Shown piece by piece: positions 62,005-64,000 of a DNA stretch of 64,000 nucleotides. The notes below the pieces were generated by a model. It had not been told where the DNA came from. It did not search any database and was given only the letters and a program-made list of their open reading frames with translations. The DNA lies in contig CAWBZI010000007.1 in the NCBI GenBank assembly GCA_963793265.1, forward strand, positions 192,001 to 256,000. The letters are read 5' to 3'. The position numbers and the translations under genes were made by a program. Position 1 is the stretch's first letter, and each line of letters opens with the position of its first letter. This DNA comes from an uncultured cyanobacterium (GTDB lineage: Bacteria; Cyanobacteriota; Cyanobacteriia; Phormidesmidales; Phormidesmidaceae).

Positions 62005-63348
62005 TCATTCAGATAAAATACTCAGCCGCACCGCCTGCCCAGAAGTCAGGGGCCGATCGCTCTCAACGATAAAAGACTCTCCCGGACTCAGGCCCGACAC
62101 AATCTCCACGCTCTCCTGACTTTGTTCCCCTGTTCTTACCGAACGCGCGATCGCCTTTGCCTGCTCATCCTCACCCTCTACCACAAACACCGTATTACTC
62201 TCTTCTCCAACCGCCAGCGCACTCGCAGGCACCACCACGCCAGGCTGCTGCCTTGAAGAGAACTGCACCCTAGCCAGCAGTCCGCTACCAATCCGACCAT
62301 TTGAATTCGGCACGCTCACCTGCACCGGAATCAGCCGCGATGTCTCATCGGCAACTGGTGCAATTCGTTCAATCTGCCCTGTGGTCGAACCTTCACCGGG
62401 AAAAGCATCAAACTGTATCTGCGTGGGCTGACCTACGCTAAGCCGCGCAATATCTAGTTCAGAAACCTGTACGGTCACCTCTAAGCGGCTAAGGTCGCCT
62501 AGCTCAAGCACGGTCGCACCCGATTCAACAAAGTCACCCACGTCTACCTGCCGCGAAAGCACAACACCTGTGAGGGGCGATCGCAGATCCGCATAAGAGA
62601 GCTGCTTCTCCGTTTGCGCTAGCACCGCCCGCTGTGCGTCAATTCGATCCGCCGAAGAAGCAACGGCCTGCTGCTGCGCATTTACCTGAGCTTGAGCTGA
62701 GAGAATCGCCTGCCGCGCGTTAGTAACTGCCAGCTCTGCCGCTTCAGCCTCCTGCTGAGAAATCGCCCCCTGATTGGCCAGCGATCGCAACCTATCCGCG
62801 TCAATCTGAGCCTGATCAAACGTCGCCTGCGCCTGCACTACTGCCGACTGAGCATCGCTAATCGCTACTTCTGCCTGAGCCGTCTCAGCCCTTCTCGCAG
62901 AGAGTTCGGCCTGCGCTTCATTAAGGCTGGTCGTTTGCAAATCGCCGTCAAGCTGAGCGAGCAAATCACCACGGGCGATCGCATCACCCACATCTACAGC
63001 CAGAGTGGTCACTTCGCCAGACACTTGCGATCGCAACGTCACCTGTTGATTAGGCCGAGTAGTGCCTGTGTAGCTCAACAGCCCAGCAACCGAACCCGTT
63101 TCCGCTTGAGCGGTTTGTACAGCAATGGGGCCGTCAGACCCGTCCCTACCCCGCGCTCCTGATGTGGGCTGAGCCGAGCTAGAAGGAAAAAGGCCGCATC
63201 CTGCGATCGCTATTAGCGGCAGCAGTAAACTAACTTGAACAAACCCCTGTATAAAAGGCCCAATAATACGCATACGAAAATAGAAAGGGGTGACCGCTCG
63301 AACTCGCTCGATGTGAACGTTACAAGCATAATGTGAACCGACGTTCAT
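62005..63348 (-). CDS. RND periplasmic adaptor (MFP) subunit; true start probably ATG 63273
   Basis: IAGC lipobox, lipoyl halves (SQVSGEV, RSPLTGVV) and coiled-coil hairpin. Confidence 0.92.
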   Translation of the reverse strand: MNVGSHYACNVHIERVRAVTPFYFRMRIIGPFIQGFVQVSLLLPLIAIAGCGLFPSSSAQPTSGARGRDGSDGPIAVQTAQAETGSVAGLLSYTGTTRPNQQVTLRSQVSGEVTTLAVDVGDAIARGDLLAQLDGDLQTTSLNEAQAELSARRAETAQAEVAISDAQSAVVQAQATFDQAQIDADRLRSLANQGAISQQEAEAAELAVTNARQAILSAQAQVNAQQQAVASSADRIDAQRAVLAQTEKQLSYADLRSPLTGVVLSRQVDVGDFVESGATVLELGDLSRLEVTVQVSELDIARLSVGQPTQIQFDAFPGEGSTTGQIERIAPVADETSRLIPVQVSVPNSNGRIGSGLLARVQFSSRQQPGVVVPASALAVGEESNTVFVVEGEDEQAKAIARSVRTGEQSQESVEIVSGLSPGESFIVESDRPLTSGQAVRLSILSE

Positions 63349-63466
63349 TACAGTAGCGCCAAAACCGGACGAAAACTTGTGCCAAAAGTCATTATCTACC
63401 GCCGAAGTCCTGAGATAGTATTCTGTCGGCTGTAGTTTTCTCCTAGTTGTTTATCACACCTTTTTT

Positions 63467-64000
63467 ATGAATCATCGTTTTTTGCTTCGGCTTGCCACAA
63501 ACTTCGCGGTTGTTTTGCTCACACTCTCTTGCTTTGGCATTGTGCTATGGGTGATTGATGAGTTTTTGATGTGGGATATCTTACCGGAGACGTGGAGTCT
63601 CGCTGTGCGGGCTTTGCTTGTTGCAGGTGGGATTATTGCTTTTGTATTGGTGGTGATGAATGTGCTGCTGTCTTTTGCACTGCTGGCTGAGGCGAATGCA
63701 AGTCGGGCAGGGCTGCCAAACTACGGGGTATCGGTGCAGCTAAAGCGGCGGGTGCGGCGGGCAATTGTTGCAGGGATTGTTGCGGTCGCACTCATTATTG
63801 CGGGCCTGCAAGTCACCAATCACTTTCGTGAGCAGGTCGCCGCGCGCGAGGCCAAAGCCGAGTTTATTCAGGTTCAAAACGACTTAGATTCATCTATGGC
63901 AGAAGTGCTAGCCCTATTTACGCCGCCACTTTTAGAAGCACTCGATACGAATACGCTTGCAGAGAAAGGTCAGCTTGGGAATATGAGCAAGCTGCTGAAT
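63467..64000 (+). CDS. Hypothetical membrane protein, 3'-partial
   Basis: ATG at 63467, open to the window end (MNHRFLLRLATNFAVVLL...), about three hydrophobic segments. Not in the supplied ORF track. Confidence 0.7.
   Translation, partial: MNHRFLLRLATNFAVVLLTLSCFGIVLWVIDEFLMWDILPETWSLAVRALLVAGGIIAFVLVVMNVLLSFALLAEANASRAGLPNYGVSVQLKRRVRRAIVAGIVAVALIIAGLQVTNHFREQVAAREAKAEFIQVQNDLDSSMAEVLALFTPPLLEALDTNTLAEKGQLGNMSKLLN

Overview
Cyanobacterial chromosome segment. The HIP1 octamer GCGATCGC recurs throughout the core, and sqdB/sqdX, xisH/xisI, Uma2, CHAT and PEP-CTERM genes are present; a Leptolyngbya/Phormidesmis-like lineage is an inference. Bases 1-4186 are the AT-rich end of an integrated element: a DUF3987 gene, a UvrD-like helicase truncated by an IS1, and an EcsC/TerB-like gene. 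The element abuts an orphan 5' half of tRNA-Val(GAC). Next is a co-oriented lipid/envelope cluster (4331-18042): alpha/beta hydrolase, GT39, SqdX-like GT4, a 2647-aa reducing PKS fused to an alpha-oxoamine synthase, a LeuB-like paralogue and a PagL-like barrel. Then come a zig-zag TIGR04282/TIGR04283 cluster, housekeeping-type genes, sqdBX, xisHI, a CBS-HEPN gene with an in-frame stop, a group-2 sigma factor, FHA/CHAT/PEP-CTERM protease genes and a PTS-EIIC-EAL fusion. A tpa-tauCAB-like operon follows, with a canonical NtcA promoter and an adjacent YdfG/IsfD-type SDR. The window ends with a CHAT-STAND/Uma2/STAND-TM-TPR operon, katG, an MBL hydrolase and an RND pump. Best candidates for undescribed biology are the PKS-AOS sphingoid/amino-glycolipid cluster and NtcA-controlled taurine-nitrogen scavenging. 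All calls come from motif reading; no searches were run.
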